Positions 13,736 to 28,100 are shown, numbered from the stretch's first letter. The stretch is DNA of 64,000 nucleotides from Octopus sinensis (GCF_006345805.1 NC_043004.1:13082001-13146000), one strand, 5' to 3'. Notes: generated by a model from the letters alone, not told the origin. Translations and numbers: made by a program.

Positions 13736-14269
13736 GAAGCGGTAGGAAAAGAAGGAGAGAGAAAAACTAGCCCAAAACAAAGAATAGCAAGCAGTGAAAA
13801 TTATGTCATTCATTCCTTGAATTTAATGTTTAAAAATATACAAAAAATGGTGTATAAAAAATATTGCATCGCTTAAACCACTGCCTAATAAATTAAGGGA
13901 ATAATTTGCCTCAAATCAAAGTTTACCGAATGCGCTTATCATAATGCCATTGCAGTGGTGACCATCACATATCTTATTTATAGTAACTCGAAGACAACGT
14001 TAGCCTTTGCCTTTGTAATTTGTTTCATTTTTCTGTTTTTTAAGTGTCTGTTGCTTTAATCCAGGCAACTGTATTAGAGCCCAATCGCTGTTTTTTTTTT
14101 TTGTCCATAAAGTAACCATGAGAAAGATATCACAAAAAAAAAGTAACTATATACTGTATATTGGTGACCTGAAGCTGTGTTTTGCAGATGAGAAAAAGAA
14201 CAAGAAAGAAAATCTGAAACTCTCTGTTACATAAAATGTACGGATGCGGTAAGAAAATTGGCATGAAAT

Positions 14270-14650
14270 TTCATTTGTAAAATGCTCGAAAACCAACTTC
14301 AAGAGTATGAGGCATTTGGTATAGAAAAGGAAGGGAATTCAAATATAGGTACATATGCGAAGAAACAATACTGTGTACAATTAAAAGAAAAGAAATATAA
14401 TAATTGCATTAATTTCGTAGCAATGCAATACGTAGGTAAACTGAATCATATGCCAAAAATATGGCAATGCATATCAAGACTCTAGCTGTTCTGTTAATAA
14501 TATAGTTCTATATAATATTCTCAACTGGGAGCTAAATGTATTAGCAAGGCTTGATAGGAAAGCAAGAAAGATAATAGCTGCAGTTAGAAAACACCGTACA
14601 CGTGCTGTCAGAAACTATATACCTTCTGCGAACAGATTTAGGTAGAAACT
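14270..14650 (+). mobile_element. Degenerate R4/Dong-like LINE fragment (region C-terminal to the RT)
   Basis: Frameshifted translation YEAFGIE…KKQY…LAV…ILNWELNVLARLDRKARKIIAAVRKH resembles the YKYLGI…INxxAVP…NW…LDRKTRK…HP motifs of R4-clade elements. Confidence 0.55.
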
Positions 14651-16178
14651 TCTGCTGCTAAAATGTGATTATATAATGTGAACTATAATGTCACAGATGC
14701 TTCTCTTTAAAGAATCAGCTATTAGAATTTTTTTGCTTTACTTGGTTTGCACTTGGTGTGAGCTCGTGTGTTGAAACATATTTTGTTGTATCTCGGGACG
14801 GTTATTACGACAATAATAGATACATGCACTGGCCCTGTTTCGCTTCTTTATTTGTGAAATGGTTAATCATTGAAACAATGAAACAATTAACTTACCGATT
14901 ATTTGATAAATCATTCGGTCAATAAATCAATCAGCTAGGTTTGTCGAAGTCATTTCATTGCCTAGTTTACAATAAACTTGGAAACAAAGAGACCTGAAGC
15001 AGACCTGAATTACAGAGTGTGTATCATTGATGCAGCCGTGAACGGGAATGGAAGGTCTTTTACGGACCTTGCGGATTGATTGACGGATCGAATGTTTAAT
15101 CAGTAAATCGATGAAGTAGTTGGTTAAATGGCTAACCAATATACAAATACTAATAAAGAAATGAAACACAACCGGTAGGTGTAGTTATTATTTGCATAAT
15201 TACCTCCCGCCCCTCCCGAGATACAACAATACAAAACATATGTCTTAAATTTAAGTTATCAGGCCAAGACACAACACAACTGACATGAAAAGATATGAAA
15301 TTAGAAAAATAATATCTCAAATAATACATATAACCCCCAGATGTCCAACTACAAATTTTGATCGTTGGTATGAAATATAAATAATGAGACAATCTACAAA
15401 AATTAGTTCTGAATAAGTTGAGACAATTAACACAAAATGAATGACAACCCAAATAAAACAGTGTGTAAATCAATGAGAGTGGTTTGGATGCTTTGTACAC
15501 AGAAAGCTATGCCAAAATCATGAAAGAATAATACAGACGAAACAGGATATCATAAAAATTGTGAAAATTTATATAGTGTTCATATTCTGTTTTAAGGCGT
15601 CATTTTTGCAGAATAGTTTGTACGACAAGCAAAATGCTTGATGGCGTCTCTTCCGGTTCCAAACCCGCGAAAATCAACTTTAACTTTCCTAACTTGGGGT
15701 GGGGTTCAATAACGTAAGGTAATAGTCAATCCTGGTCTCTATACAATCGACTTGTCCCCGTCTCTTCAAATTGTTAGCCTTAAACTCTGCAACAGTTCGG
15801 CATCCCTTTCAGAGGATATGCGATTGGAACCAGGTAACCATCATTACAATTACTGGAGAAAAATTTTTTTTTTAAGTAAAAGATCTATTTTCTGATCCGT
15901 CGATTTATATACTGAGTAATATCAAAGAAAATTGATGCAGTATTATTGGAAGTATTATTCAGCAGAAAAAATTATACCCTAATTGATGTACCAACTGAAA
16001 CACGACAATGTACAACTGATACACAGGAATAAACTATCCAAATACAAATATCACATAATAGAGATGGCTGGAAGTTGGATATTGAAATTGAAATTATTTC
16101 GTAATAATAATAAGTTACTCTGGAAAATAGATTCAGGTTATTATAACTCAACACAAGTATTATACATGCATATATATA

Positions 16179-16243
<65 letters not shown>

Positions 16244-18548
16244 TGTATGTGTGTGTGTGCATATGTATATATATATATATATATATATATGAAAACATGC
16301 AGATTACAATCAAACATATCGATTACTGACAATAGAATTTTCAAATTATGAAAAATACCAAAAACTTGAACTTAAAAAGAAAACAAAAACATGCGATGCA
16401 TGCAGTTAGATAGTAAAACTATGATCTGAAATGGAATTTTAAAGGATGATATTAAATAAACATGAAAAATATGCTAAAAGTTATTAAAGCAAAAAGACAA
16501 ATAGGGCATCCTACACACAACACCTACACACACATACACACAAACAGCCGCGTGCGCGCGCACACACACACACGTGCGCACACGTTCACATGCACACACA
16601 TATACACAGACAAAGGCAGGCACACACACGCAAACGCACTCATGGTGCGAAACCGCTTCCAGGACTAGATCAGGACACTTGCGGGCTCGAATCGTTTTTC
16701 TTTTAACAGAGCCTACTTCGTCCAATATTATTTATGCGAAGTTATATTTTTTTTCAACCATTCCAACTCTACTTTCTTAGTGTCATAGCCAGTTAAACAT
16801 TTATTTTTCACCAGCGTAGCATTTACCAAAATTCATTTATTAAACTTTTTTACAACCTTTCCCCATTTCCAGTAAACTTTCCATCCATAATTATCTTCTT
16901 TGTTCTACGTTAAATAAAATTTTTCTGGAAATATTATTATAGCATTCAATGCCATAAGGGGTTTATGCCCCTTTTTGCCGCTCTTAGGATCCTTAGGATC
17001 CATATTTTTATCTTTCCTATTTTTTCTCCGGATGTTTCCAGGAGCTTATCAGCTCAACTTCCTCCCCAATACCAAAAACGTGTATATTAATGCTGCTAGG
17101 ACACGACATTCTGCTCATCGGGTTTTTAATCAGGTTTTTCGTTCGGTTTTCGTTCGTGAACTTTTAGTTTTGAGGACATGCGAAAGCTATTCCACCGTCC
17201 AAGGATATGTGGTATTTAGTATCCAGAGAGCAGTAGCTTTGGCGTTCTGTTGTTGTTGCAGTCTTTCCTGTTGACTTAGTCATCTATTGATCCGCATGGG
17301 CATAAACAGTTCAAGGACACTTGGCTCCCATCTCTGTAGCAATTAGCCTTTCAGTTCAGTATCAACAAACTTATGACATTCGATTCGGCACCCACTGCAT
17401 ATCACACTTTCTAGATGGTACGATGGCCTTTTTTCAGCCATTCCAACTCTACTGTCATAGTGCCACTATTAAGTTCCCTTAGTAATTGTATATCGATGCA
17501 CAGTTTATCCGACTAAATGTCACTTGCATTCATCGCGGCACTTAATTTCTTGCATGTGATATTAAAAGGACAACGAGACAAGTGTCAAGTTGTAGCAAAT
17601 ATCTTTTGTTTTATCCTTCCGATTTCAGCATACCAGTTATTACAACAGAATCTTCTGGCCAGTTCTGCAGCCACCAGCTCAAACGTCGTTTTCATTCCGT
17701 CTTTAATTGAATACTGTACAAGCAGTTTAGTATACACCCTCTCAGGCAATGAAGGAGATAACATTGCGCACGCATATCAGCCCAAGCTGTCAGTATCTAT
17801 TCTCACACAAGCACGAGAAGGGCAGTTGTGGTTTATGAGATAGGGTCATACGTTATTTTTCTTTCTCTCTTACACAGTTTGAGTGTGACTGAAGTAGGAC
17901 TACATTTTCCACTGTCACAGCTTGATCACAAAACTCTGCCAGACAGACGTTTACTCTTCCACCAAATAATTTAAGTGTACAGCTTGTTTATTGGATGCAA
18001 ATTTTGCAAAAAGATGGCTACAATTGTGTTATTCATTGCTCAATACAATTTCACCAAACATTCTTTAGTTTGACAAAATATGTTTCAGTTTTACAGTGTC
18101 GTTTTGTTGCTCTTGTTACTGCTGTTATATTACTGTCCTTATATTTTCTCACCTCACTTAAATTGCTCAAAATATTATTTTCTGTCAGAAAAAAAGAATT
18201 TTTGTTTTTTTGTGAAATGCATATTTTCTGGCGAGAAATTGAATTTGTTTTTCTTTCTATTTAATTTCTGTAAAAATATGTTTGTTTTCATTCGTGTTTT
18301 GGTAAATCTTTCTGCATCGGGTAGCTATGCTGGTAATTTACGAGTGGAAGTCAAATTTTTGTTTCTCAAATTAATATTCTTCTTCTAAACGGGAAAGAAA
18401 AACAAACACAAAAAAAAATAAAAGGAAATATATTCCTACAGTTTTATGCAGAATTTTCCCATAAAAATGTTTTCTGCATAGTTTTACGGGGAAAAATTCA
18501 AAATAGACCAAAGCGAAACTACGTCCGAGCGCAGTAGAGGCAAACACA

Positions 18549-18616
<68 letters not shown>

Positions 18617-18683
18617 TAATAATAATAATGATAATAATAATAATAATAATAATAATATAATAATAATAATAATAATAATAATA
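18549..18683. repeat. (AAT)n microsatellite, ~45 units
   Basis: Read directly; explains the poly-L and poly-Y ORFs. Confidence 0.95.
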
Positions 18684-18862
18684 GAGATATTAACAAGTGT
18701 TATCATGCACATTGTTTTGATTTGTATAAAAGAAAGGCTACAGCAAATATTCTGCTCAATAACACAAACTTACTTGTTAAGTGTTTGACCTTAACCAGTT
18801 GAGAATTTCCCTTAGTGGCTGACGATATGTGCATCTCTGATCATGAGCAGAAGTAGTGGGGG

Positions 18863-19140
18863 ATGCAGACTGACCAGAGCTGTCATCCTAATACAGCTTT
18901 AGCAGATGATAGAGGAAGGAGGAGGAAGTGGACCAACGAAGAAAACAGGATAGTGATGCAGTGCTACTTAGAAAGTGAACGTAAAAGAAGGGGCTATAGA
19001 AAACGGATGTTAACACTTTGGGTAGAGAAGTGCAGGTTTATAGTGACTGAGCAGATATTAATTGATCAAATTAATGCTATTAGGAGAACAAAGTGGATGA
19101 CAGAATTTGAGGTAGAAGAGATCACAAGAGAACTGTAAAA
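18863..19140 (+). mobile_element. N-terminal fragment of an R4/Dong-like LINE ORF
   Basis: RRKWTNEENRIVMQCYLES…RRGYRKRMLTLW…EQILIDQINAIRRTKWMTEFEVEEI matches the N-terminal domain I recall from R4/Dong-type proteins. Confidence 0.7.
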
Positions 19141-19299
19141 GAAAGACCAGGCAGTGGGAAAAAGAAACAACATAAGAGATACAGCTCAAACCCAAGAAGA
19201 ATCTAAAGGAAAATAACAAGAGCACTGAGCCAGCGCAAACCTCCGCGAAGGCAGTACCAACGTCCTCTCAACCATTAGCCGGAGATTATTTTTAAATCG

Positions 19300-19520
19300 A
19301 GAATATCTGAAATAAACTCGACTGCTCTCAAAATTTAAGTAAAGAAATCGGAAAAATATTCCAGAATCCCCAAATCTAAGCATTTCGTGTCAGTCACAAG
19401 GCCAAACACCTCTGAAAGTTTCACCCGAATCCATCTAGTGACCCTTGAGATATCTTATCCACAGACAAACAAATACGACTGCAAGCAATGCCTTCGCCTT
19501 CGCTAAGGCGGAAATAATAG
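19300..19520 (-). mobile_element. Dispersed non-autonomous repeat with a terminal hairpin (possibly Helentron/HINE-like), copy 1
   Basis: Minus strand TTATTTCCGCCTTAGCGAAGGCG…TTTGTTTGTCTGTGGATAAGATATCTCAAG…GATGGATT…GTGTTTGGCCT is homologous to 23478-23700. It has a CGCCTT-AGCG-AAGGCG hairpin and a short GTTT/GTCY tract. Confidence 0.55.
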
Positions 19521-21227
19521 CGCTACCAATAAGGAAGGGACAATGGCACCAACGACGTAAGTGATTTAAGTGAAGAAGATTAGAAGATTTAGATGAGTTG
19601 CAGGAAGTAATTAGTAAAGACGCTTTATATCCTTGACAAGCGTTGGATATATAATTTAATAATGCGAGGTAAAACCATTATGTTCACATCACGTACTTTG
19701 CGAGACTCCAAAACGCCCTCTTAGCGATTCTTACCGACCTCTTGTCGCTACTCTTCAACTAGTCTATTCTTTTAATACGCCAGAGGTGTCAATGACTCTA
19801 GCCAAAACATCTCTCTCTTTGAGATTGACTTCTGTTGGAAATCAATTATATTATTTTTATCTATTTTTCTTTTTTTCATTACATCTCCCTGTTTGAAACT
19901 TTCCTCCTCAGGAAGTTTAATATTTCTTCCGTTTAGGCACTACTTCCACCGTTCTCTCTGTTTCCTTTTCCTTATGCTGCTCCGCTTAGGTTCGATTTCT
20001 TGTGGCTTTGGAACAGCAAAGGTGTTATAGAACACCTCCATGGGTATCCATTTTGTTTTTTAGTTGGTTTAAATGTCTCTTGTGTTCCTATTTTCCCTCT
20101 CTTATCATATATGTCAGATCTTACTTCAACTTAGATCATACTTCAACTCGATTCAGTCTCTGCTACACTTATCGCAAAAAACGGCTCCCTCAATCTGCCC
20201 GCTTCTTACATATACCTAGTTAATAGTCATTGTGGTTCCTAAATTCTTTAATATCGGAATTGTAATAACCTTTGGTAGCAATATTTATTAGTTTTTTTGT
20301 GGTCTCTGGCTTAAAAGTCAGCCGAAATTGAGTGTTTAGCTGATTCTTGACAACTTCTTCCTGACTTGCTAGAACGTTCTCATTAAAACTCCTAACAGCG
20401 GTATTAATAGTAATACTAATCAATTCTCTATCGAATCTAAGGAACAACGTTCCAGTGGTTTTAACAACTGAGTGTTGGAAGACTGTGTGCTGTTGGCAAG
20501 ATTCCAGATGCCAGCCGCGCCATCTGGTTATCCGATTGACCCGAGACTGCAGTTTCATTAGAGAGGGGGGAAGATGGGGGAAGGGAGGGGGTGGAAAGGG
20601 GGGAGATGGGGATGGAGAGTGAGAGTGAGAGAGAGGTCCAGAAAAGTTGTCAAGGACAAATGGTTATCACGTCTGGTCAGAGGCTAGGAATATTTACCCA
20701 TGTTTCTACGCCTCGGCATACCCTTGCTTATCTTAACATCATCTCCGAACACTTTGTGAAGAGAATGTTGGCACCTGGTAGGCCTTCTGATCAACGGATC
20801 CCATTCCTTTTTCATATGAAATAAAAGACCAGATGCTCAACCCTTCTCGGTTACGGTTGACTCAATGACGTTTAAGCTGTTTATCAGGGATATCTGCCAG
20901 CATTCAATTTAATGATTTTTATACATTTTTCTTAGAGAGTTCAGTTACGTTCGTCGTAATACTTTTCTAAGTTCCTAGTTACCTGGAGATATACTCCGAG
21001 ATATATATACGAAACGCATCATTTGTCCCTGACGATACAATAACATTTTTAGAGGTAAAACATGCGTGTGGGTCACATTACCAAATGGATGCTTTCTGTG
21101 AGATTTCTTAGTATGATTTTATGGAATTTGTTTACTGTTTTTAGCAGGACAAGTGGCCATTTAGTCTATCCTCGCCTTGATTCATGCACGTATGTGCGTT
21201 TATTTTGATTATGTATACAAACAGACA

Positions 21228-21679
21228 CAGGCGTGGCGATGTGGTAAGAAGTTTGGTTTCCAGCCAAATGGTTCCGGGTTCTGTCTCACTCCTTGGCACA
21301 TGGAGCAAGTGCTTTTTCGTATAATCCCAGGCCGACTAGTGTTGTGGGTGGATTTGATTGAAAGTAATTCAAAGGGGCGCGTCATACGCACACACACACA
21401 CACGTGTGTATCTGTGATGTGTGTGTGTCTGTGTGTGCGTGTGTGTGCGTGCGTGCGTGCGTGTGTATCTTTGTATCTGTGTTTGTCCGCCATCTCCGCT
21501 TGATACCCGGTGGTTGGTGTGTTTACGTCTCCATAAGTTAGCGGTTCGGCAAAAGACAGAAAGCATACCACATTTAAAAACGAAAAATTATTGCGGTCGA
21601 TTATTTCGTCTACATATTCTTCAAGACTGTGCCCCAGCATGGCCGCAGTCTAATGACTGAAGCAAGTAAAGTACAAAAG
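21228..21679 (+). mobile_element. tRNA-derived SINE, family C, diverged full-length copy with an internal (GT)n/(GCGT)n tract
   Basis: GGCGTGGCGATGTGGTAAGAAG…GGTTCCGGGTTC head; CCCCAGCATGGCCGCAGTCTAATGACTGAAGCAAGTAAA tail. Homologous to 59912-60318. Confidence 0.8.
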
Positions 21680-22274
21680 TAAATATAACTGTATACCTAA
21701 GTTTATATATTTTGGATTATGTGTTTTAGACATTGTTGATTTGTATATATCCCTAAACGCTTGTCATGGCTAGTGTATTTAAAAGTTTTGTAGTTATTTG
21801 CTCTTATAGGAAATAAAGAAATCTCTATTGTTATTATTTTTTTTCCATAATTATTAATGTTGTTTATTTTTGAATTTTGCCGCGGAAAGACGTGTCTTAA
21901 AGCAGCTCCCGGTTTGACTTGATATAATATTTGTTTTCTCTAACGTAAGGAGATGTGTTGTGTTTGCTTTGTTATTTTTATATAAAGGCAGAAGACGAGA
22001 GCTTAAATTTCTTTTATATACATATTTTTTTTTTATAAATTTAAGGAAAGAAATTTTGCTATTTGCTATTTCTTTCGAAATATAAATTCTTTTCAACAAG
22101 AAGACAAGGCTACGGTGATGGCAGTGGAAGAAGTTTTCAACAAAAATAGTCGTTACAAACATCCTGTTTCGGAGAATGAGAAAGAAAATGCAAATCTTTT
22201 GTGTGTTAGGAACATTTGCCCAAATAGCATTAATAATTCCAACATTGAAAACAACACTAACAATGACATCATGA

Positions 22275-22301
22275 ATAATAATAATAACAATAATAATAAT
22301 A

Positions 22302-22345
<44 letters not shown>

Positions 22346-22490
22346 TAATAATAATAATGAGGAGGAGGAGGAGGAGGAGGAGGAAGACGATAAAATAATG
22401 AGAAGAAGAAGGTGGGGGAGGAGGAGGAGAAAAAGAAGAAAAAATAGCGGCAACAAAAATAGTAATGATAATAACAATCATAATGATGAT

Positions 22491-22523
<33 letters not shown>

Positions 22524-22561
22524 GATAATAATAATAATAATAATATAATAATAATAATGAC

Positions 22562-22598
<37 letters not shown>

Positions 22599-22600
22599 AT
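22275..22600. repeat. Compound trinucleotide microsatellite (AAT)n/(GAG)n/(GAA)n/(GAT)n
   Basis: Read directly; explains the poly-I, -N, -Y, -H and -S ORFs. Confidence 0.9.
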
Positions 22601-23477
22601 AATGCATAACAAAACAATAAAAAAATGTTATTCTTAATGTAGACACATTTGAATACGACGCCAAGAACAACAACAGTTACATCAGGGACAATAGTAATTT
22701 CTGTCAAGAAATATTGGAAAAATAACTATAGTAATGAAAAGAACGACATCGAAAAACAAGCATATTTGCAAAAGCTATATGTTCATGCATTGATTTCTAT
22801 GTTAATATGGGGAAAAAAGGAAAACAGAAAAAAATGTAGGAGCCACGACCACGCGTTAGAATATCCCATAGGATAAGGCATCTTGAAAACCCACGTGAAA
22901 GAGATTAATGAATTCAGGCCATACATTCCATATATGACATGCAACGAAGTGACTCACCTTTGGAATAATTGACGTTCTTGTTGTTTTTGTTGTTGATGTT
23001 GTTGTCATCACTGTATCACTGTTGCTAGTGTCCTTTAACCCCAAGTCAATCCATCAACCAGCAGAGCTATATTTAACGCATTCCAGCCGAGAAAGGTGTG
23101 TTTTTTTAATGAGATATGAAGCGGGCAGTATTATGTTATGTTTTTTTCTTTATTTAAGAGAGTAGCGTCCAATTTGAGGGATTCATGGCTGCTATTTGAA
23201 GAAGGTTGAACAACTACCTAAATGCTATCTTTTCGGCTGTTGAGATATTTTGTTTGAAGTAAAATGCCAGTGTGTTTTTAACGATACATTTGTGAAGATG
23301 AAGGAAATAATAGTACCAAGAGAGATCTCTTAGTTAGTTTAAGGCTATCCTTATAAAATAAGTCGATGAAGGTAGTCTAAGACAGTAGGCTGAAAAGTTC
23401 ATAGACCGACTAAGAAAGAGCGATGTTAGCGCTGTGAAATTTGCATGTATTGAATCTCAAACAGTCATTGTTACTTC

Positions 23478-23700
23478 CGCCTTAGCGAAGGCAGAGTTAT
23501 TGTTTTCAGTCTTGTTTGTTTGTCCGTAGACAAGATATCTCAAGAACCGCTGGATGGATTTGGATATAACTTTCAAGGATGTTTGGCCTCAGGACTGGCA
23601 CGAACAGATTAGATTTCGGGATCGCTCCGGTACTTGAGGAGGATTCTGGTTCATAATTGCATTGTTTTTTTCTAGGTTATCTGACATTTTTCTGTTCAAA
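23478..23700 (+). mobile_element. Dispersed hairpin-headed repeat, copy 2 (inverted relative to 19300-19520)
   Basis: TTACTTCCGCCTTAGCGAAGGCAGAG…TTGTTTGTTTGTCCGTAGACAAGATATCTCAAGAACCGCTGGATGGATT…GATGTTTGGCCTC. Confidence 0.55.
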
Positions 23701-23829
23701 GAAGACTTCAAAATTAACTAGTAGCGATTTCACTTGGAGATGAACGGAATTCGGTATGTTCGTCTTATGCAGGACTTAACAGAAAGAAGTGTTTAACCCC
23801 CAAGGACATTCGTACTGACTTGGTTCCTA

Positions 23830-24900
23830 CATTAAAGGATGATGCTCACCAGTGCAATTGTAGGCAACTGAATTAAGGAAGAGAAGGGCGAGTTTAGAAA
23901 ATGACCCAAGTTCTGGACGTTCTGCATCGGTAAATATGAGGAAATCGCAGGATGCAAATGCCCTTTGTGACAATAGGAATACACGCGCTCACTTCCAATA
24001 TCATTGACTTTAAATGTGCAAGCATAAATCATTTCAGACTTGTGACGGACAGGAGAAAGACGTTGGTTGATATTGTGGCTTCCGATTAGCCAGGCATTCT
24101 GTCGCTGAAAGCAAAATGTCAATCTAGTTATTGAGCCACAGTAAAGTAACTAAACAACCTATGTATATGTGGCACTAAATATTAACAGAAGCCGTTGTCA
24201 CTCAGTTTCCCCAGTTAAGATCTATAACAATATGTCATGAACGAGGTGGAGGAAAATGAGTTCGATTCCGTACAGAAGTGGGAACGTAATAAATTCAACA
24301 CTTCGAAAACGGGTTCGCATAAAATGCATTCCTCGAAAAGCGGGAACCCCTTCTAGTATCAAAGAGCCGGAGAAAATTTCATATTCCGTAATTCCAAATA
24401 GCAAAACACAACTGATAGATATGATGGAGAAATATCAAGGTCATTTTTCATGAGGCAAATGTTGATAGGATTCGAACTCAAACCAATCCAAATCCCTATT
24501 CAAGAAAACAATATTTTCTTTTCTATGGAGGTGTTAATGATTCAACTAACAGCAAGTTTGGGAGGTGATCTAATTCGAGTAAAGCCTTGTTTTCATATTT
24601 TCATGTGTTCAGTCACAATAGATAAGTTACAAGTTGGTTAAGTTGGGTTTAGGTCAAAGATGAAGTTAGACAACAGACTCGATGGTTGCATGCACTAAAT
24701 ATATTGCAGCTGAACTTTTAGCCGAAGCTTGCGTCGTGGCACTTAGACAGCTACTTGATCTTATAAAAATAGCAACCAAATCTATTTTAAAACATTGTCA
24801 CCTAATTGAAAAGGCAGGATATATTAGATTATGTAACCCTAGACGCACTGTATATGAAAACAATGGATATGGTAACATCTTGATCACAGACTTCATAGGT
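23830..24900 (-). pseudogene. Putative decayed leucine-rich-repeat (TLR-like ectodomain) sequence
   Basis: Stop- and frameshift-riddled minus-strand fragments: KMLPYPLFSYTVRL, LLSNFIFDLNP/NLTNL, ALLELDHLPNL, IGLSSNPIN, LILEGVPAFRGM, FSKLALLFLNS…NCT. Recognised by eye only. Confidence 0.3.
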
Positions 24901-26399
24901 CAGGGCTGACCTGAGATTAAATGATGAAGACAAAGCGAGGATTGCTTTGTATAAGCTATGTGCTCAAAGACACAATCGGACGAAGGTTGTTTGATGGTCA
25001 AAAGGAGTAATACATGTGACGTACCAACAAAATTATGATGTGTGTGAGCATGAATATATGTGTATATAAATTATATCTTTGCACAGAGTGCATGTATATA
25101 TAGAGTGTATGGGTTTTTTTATTGGGTTTAATATACATATAACCCTATTGATTATTGTAACGGCTAACAAAACGTATAAAAATTAAGTCTTTGTAACTTG
25201 AAAGTTTGAACAAAGCGACACTCTTCAGTAACGGACATAAATAAATAAAACTAAGATTAAGGCGTATTAAAAAAGTTAACTCTCAACTATTTTAGCTGTA
25301 TATCTAACGAGAATTTTTATTTTTATCTTATAATAAACATTGTTGTTGTAAATGTGGCTTAAAATATATTCAGGTATATCAATAAATTGAAAAGAAAACG
25401 GTATTTTTTCAAAGAAATTTCTATATTTTTTTTATTATAGAACATTTTAGCTCGTATTTACGTGAATTAACAATGAAATAAATAATATTCCTAGGAATAT
25501 ATAGAACTATTATTTTGTTTCCGATGATATAAGGACGCTACAACAAAAACTATAGGTAATGCCAAATAGAAAGGAAACGTCAAATCCGGAGAAAGTAAGT
25601 ATTTAAAAAAAAAATTAATTTTCCTTTAACCAAAATGTAAAACATTGAATGAAATCAATAAACTATTAACAATGGCTAAGTGTCTGCGAAATGTATGGAT
25701 TTATCTAAGTAAACAAATTAAGGAACCCTCATAGAACAATTATCTTTAAAATTTAACGTTTCTTTTTATTTTAATATTACGACTCAAAGAACTAACTGTT
25801 TCCAGAATTGGTTAATAAAATTTTATATATTGTGTTATCTTTGAATATATCGGAATGATTGTCATGAAAGTTTGTAGGAATAATAAATGGCAGAAAAATA
25901 AACATGCTCTATACAAATAACACGATGTTATACATCACTGTTAAAAGATAAAGACAGTAATGGTAAATTGCTAGATGTTGTTCAAAAAGCAATTTAAAAT
26001 GTAAAGAACAGAAGTATTCTTAAAATAAAAACAACGTTGTAGTTAAGAAAAAATAGATAGTGAAGTGATTATCTTACGACATTTAAACATTATTGTACTG
26101 ATGAAAAAATCTGTTGGAAATGAAAAGTATGTTTATGGAAGATTTTTGTCAGTTCATAGTTATTGTCAAGTAGCTGAATACTATATGTAATGAGTTAATT
26201 CACATATACCTAGTAAATAAAGCAACATGTTTACCATAGGGATATCTTAGGGTGTATCTATCAATGTTAATCTAGGAGCCATTTCTGTCTTTGTGTTCTA
26301 AAGCAAATTATGCATGTAAAACACCAAAAGTTTAGGTTAGGTGATGTAGCTATGACAAAAAAAACATGACTTACATATGTGTTTTTAACATAAAAACAT

Positions 26400-28100
26400 A
26401 TTTCCGAGCAACTGGCGCCTATCCGATAAAACTCCATTTCGGAAGTGATGAAATTATTAACAATTTTGCTTCACATTCTTGTTCCTAACAAGAAACAAAA
26501 AACATCGGAATTAACGCAGAGAACGAATATGAGCAGGCACAACTTCGATGATAAAGGGAAATGTGCACATTTTCTACACGTAGCTCGTCTTGAGAAATTG
26601 CACATGAATGAAGTGATCACTAAGACCAGGTTAACGAGCCATCAGCTAGAACGATTTCCTGAGGTACAAGAAGAGAACGTTGACAGATATCCTGGTTTCA
26701 TTACAAGACTGACATGAGAAATATGTGGAAGGAAGCTCTGAACTTTTGAAATTCATCAGAAGATACTTTTGTCTTGGTTAAAGTTGTTATGATAGTTAGT
26801 GAAAACATCTTCAATCACAAAATTTAAACTTTCAATGGTTTCTAATCACCAGAATATTTGGCACAATCACCATGTCATTCATCAATGCTTTGTTTCCATT
26901 ATGTTGAATGGTTCCATCCGAATACATCGAAATACGAATAGTCCCAGGATAGCGTTATCTGTAAAATTCGCATTATTTAGAATACAAAAACATCACATAA
27001 TAGTGTAGAAATGAGAGTCACATTCTGGAGTATGAGGAACTTTTACCATCTGCGTTGAGTTCATCACATTGAACTTATCGGAATCAAGACATGCATTCAG
27101 ATTTCCTTATTGAAACTGAGAAGTGGATATTTATATCCGTGAAATAATTCCAGAAGAAGTGGATTCTCCGGAAAAGATTGTTCGCAGTTAATGCCCAAAA
27201 TAAAGTAGAGAATAACCATAGCGTAAACATCATTCCAGGGTAGCAGATATTCCGGAAATAAAAAAATATTTTCTCTCTGAGCAGTTGCCAAAGTATGAAG
27301 TATTTCTAGTCGAGGGTTTCTTATATGAGACTAGATCCTAGAAATACATGAATAGAACAAACACTGCTTCTTTTAAAAGCAGAGGAGGTGCCATTTCTGA
27401 GCCAAGGAATGCCTTGAATATTTCTAACTGAAAAAACGTCCTTGAACGAAAACTATCAGACGTCACATTCTCTAGTAGAACCCATTCATATCCGAGGGCA
27501 ATGTTAGTCTCTTAACACTGCGTAATCTCTTAATACTATTTCCATTCAGTAAAAGTACTAAAAATGAAGGGTTTCGTTCAGATATACAAAATAGAAATCC
27601 TACTTTGCAGTATATTTATCTGATCATGACATATAAAATTCGAGAAGCTGCGTGATGCCCCTAGTCATTCTATACATGACAAAAGGAATTTTCTTTACTC
27701 TTTATAAAACGTCGAACGGAATCTAGCAAGTAGAAGTTAAGTCTTTTGGCACAGTGAATTACCATTTGTCTAGCTATACAGCCATACAACGTTCACTAGA
27801 ACCGGAAAGAGACATAACTGAATTCCTTGCAGTTGATATACAATGCTTTCTTCCTTATATAAAGTAGGGAATTTTTTTTTTGGTATAACACGATATCTAG
27901 CGTTGTGTAATGTGTTGAGGATTTCATACGATCAGAAAGACATTCGACACGCAGTTACACAGCTTTGGATAGTGCCATTATATACATCTGTTTCTCTCCT
28001 ACAAGCATGGATGACTCTTATGACTTTGCGGAGGAAGCAGTTGTAGATATCTACGAGATTGAAGTTTTCATAGATATTGCGCAATATGCATAGAAATACA
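26400..28100 (-). pseudogene. Putative decayed LRR/TLR-like gene copy
   Basis: Minus-strand fragments FTVPKDL (LRRNT-like), KENSFCHV*N, LVLLLNGNSIKRL (27523-27561) and SDSFRSRTFFSVRNIQ. The 27690-28050 block is paralogous to 30710-31070. Many stops. Confidence 0.35.

Noticed and set aside
19950-20558. Non-repetitive ORFs 20220-20558 and 20002-20223
   Set aside because: No motif I can recognise; possibly a decayed retroelement ORF1, but unsupported.
21854-22673. 207-aa and neighbouring ORFs with poly-L/S/Y/I/N/H runs
   Set aside because: Products of compound trinucleotide repeats, not low-complexity proteins.
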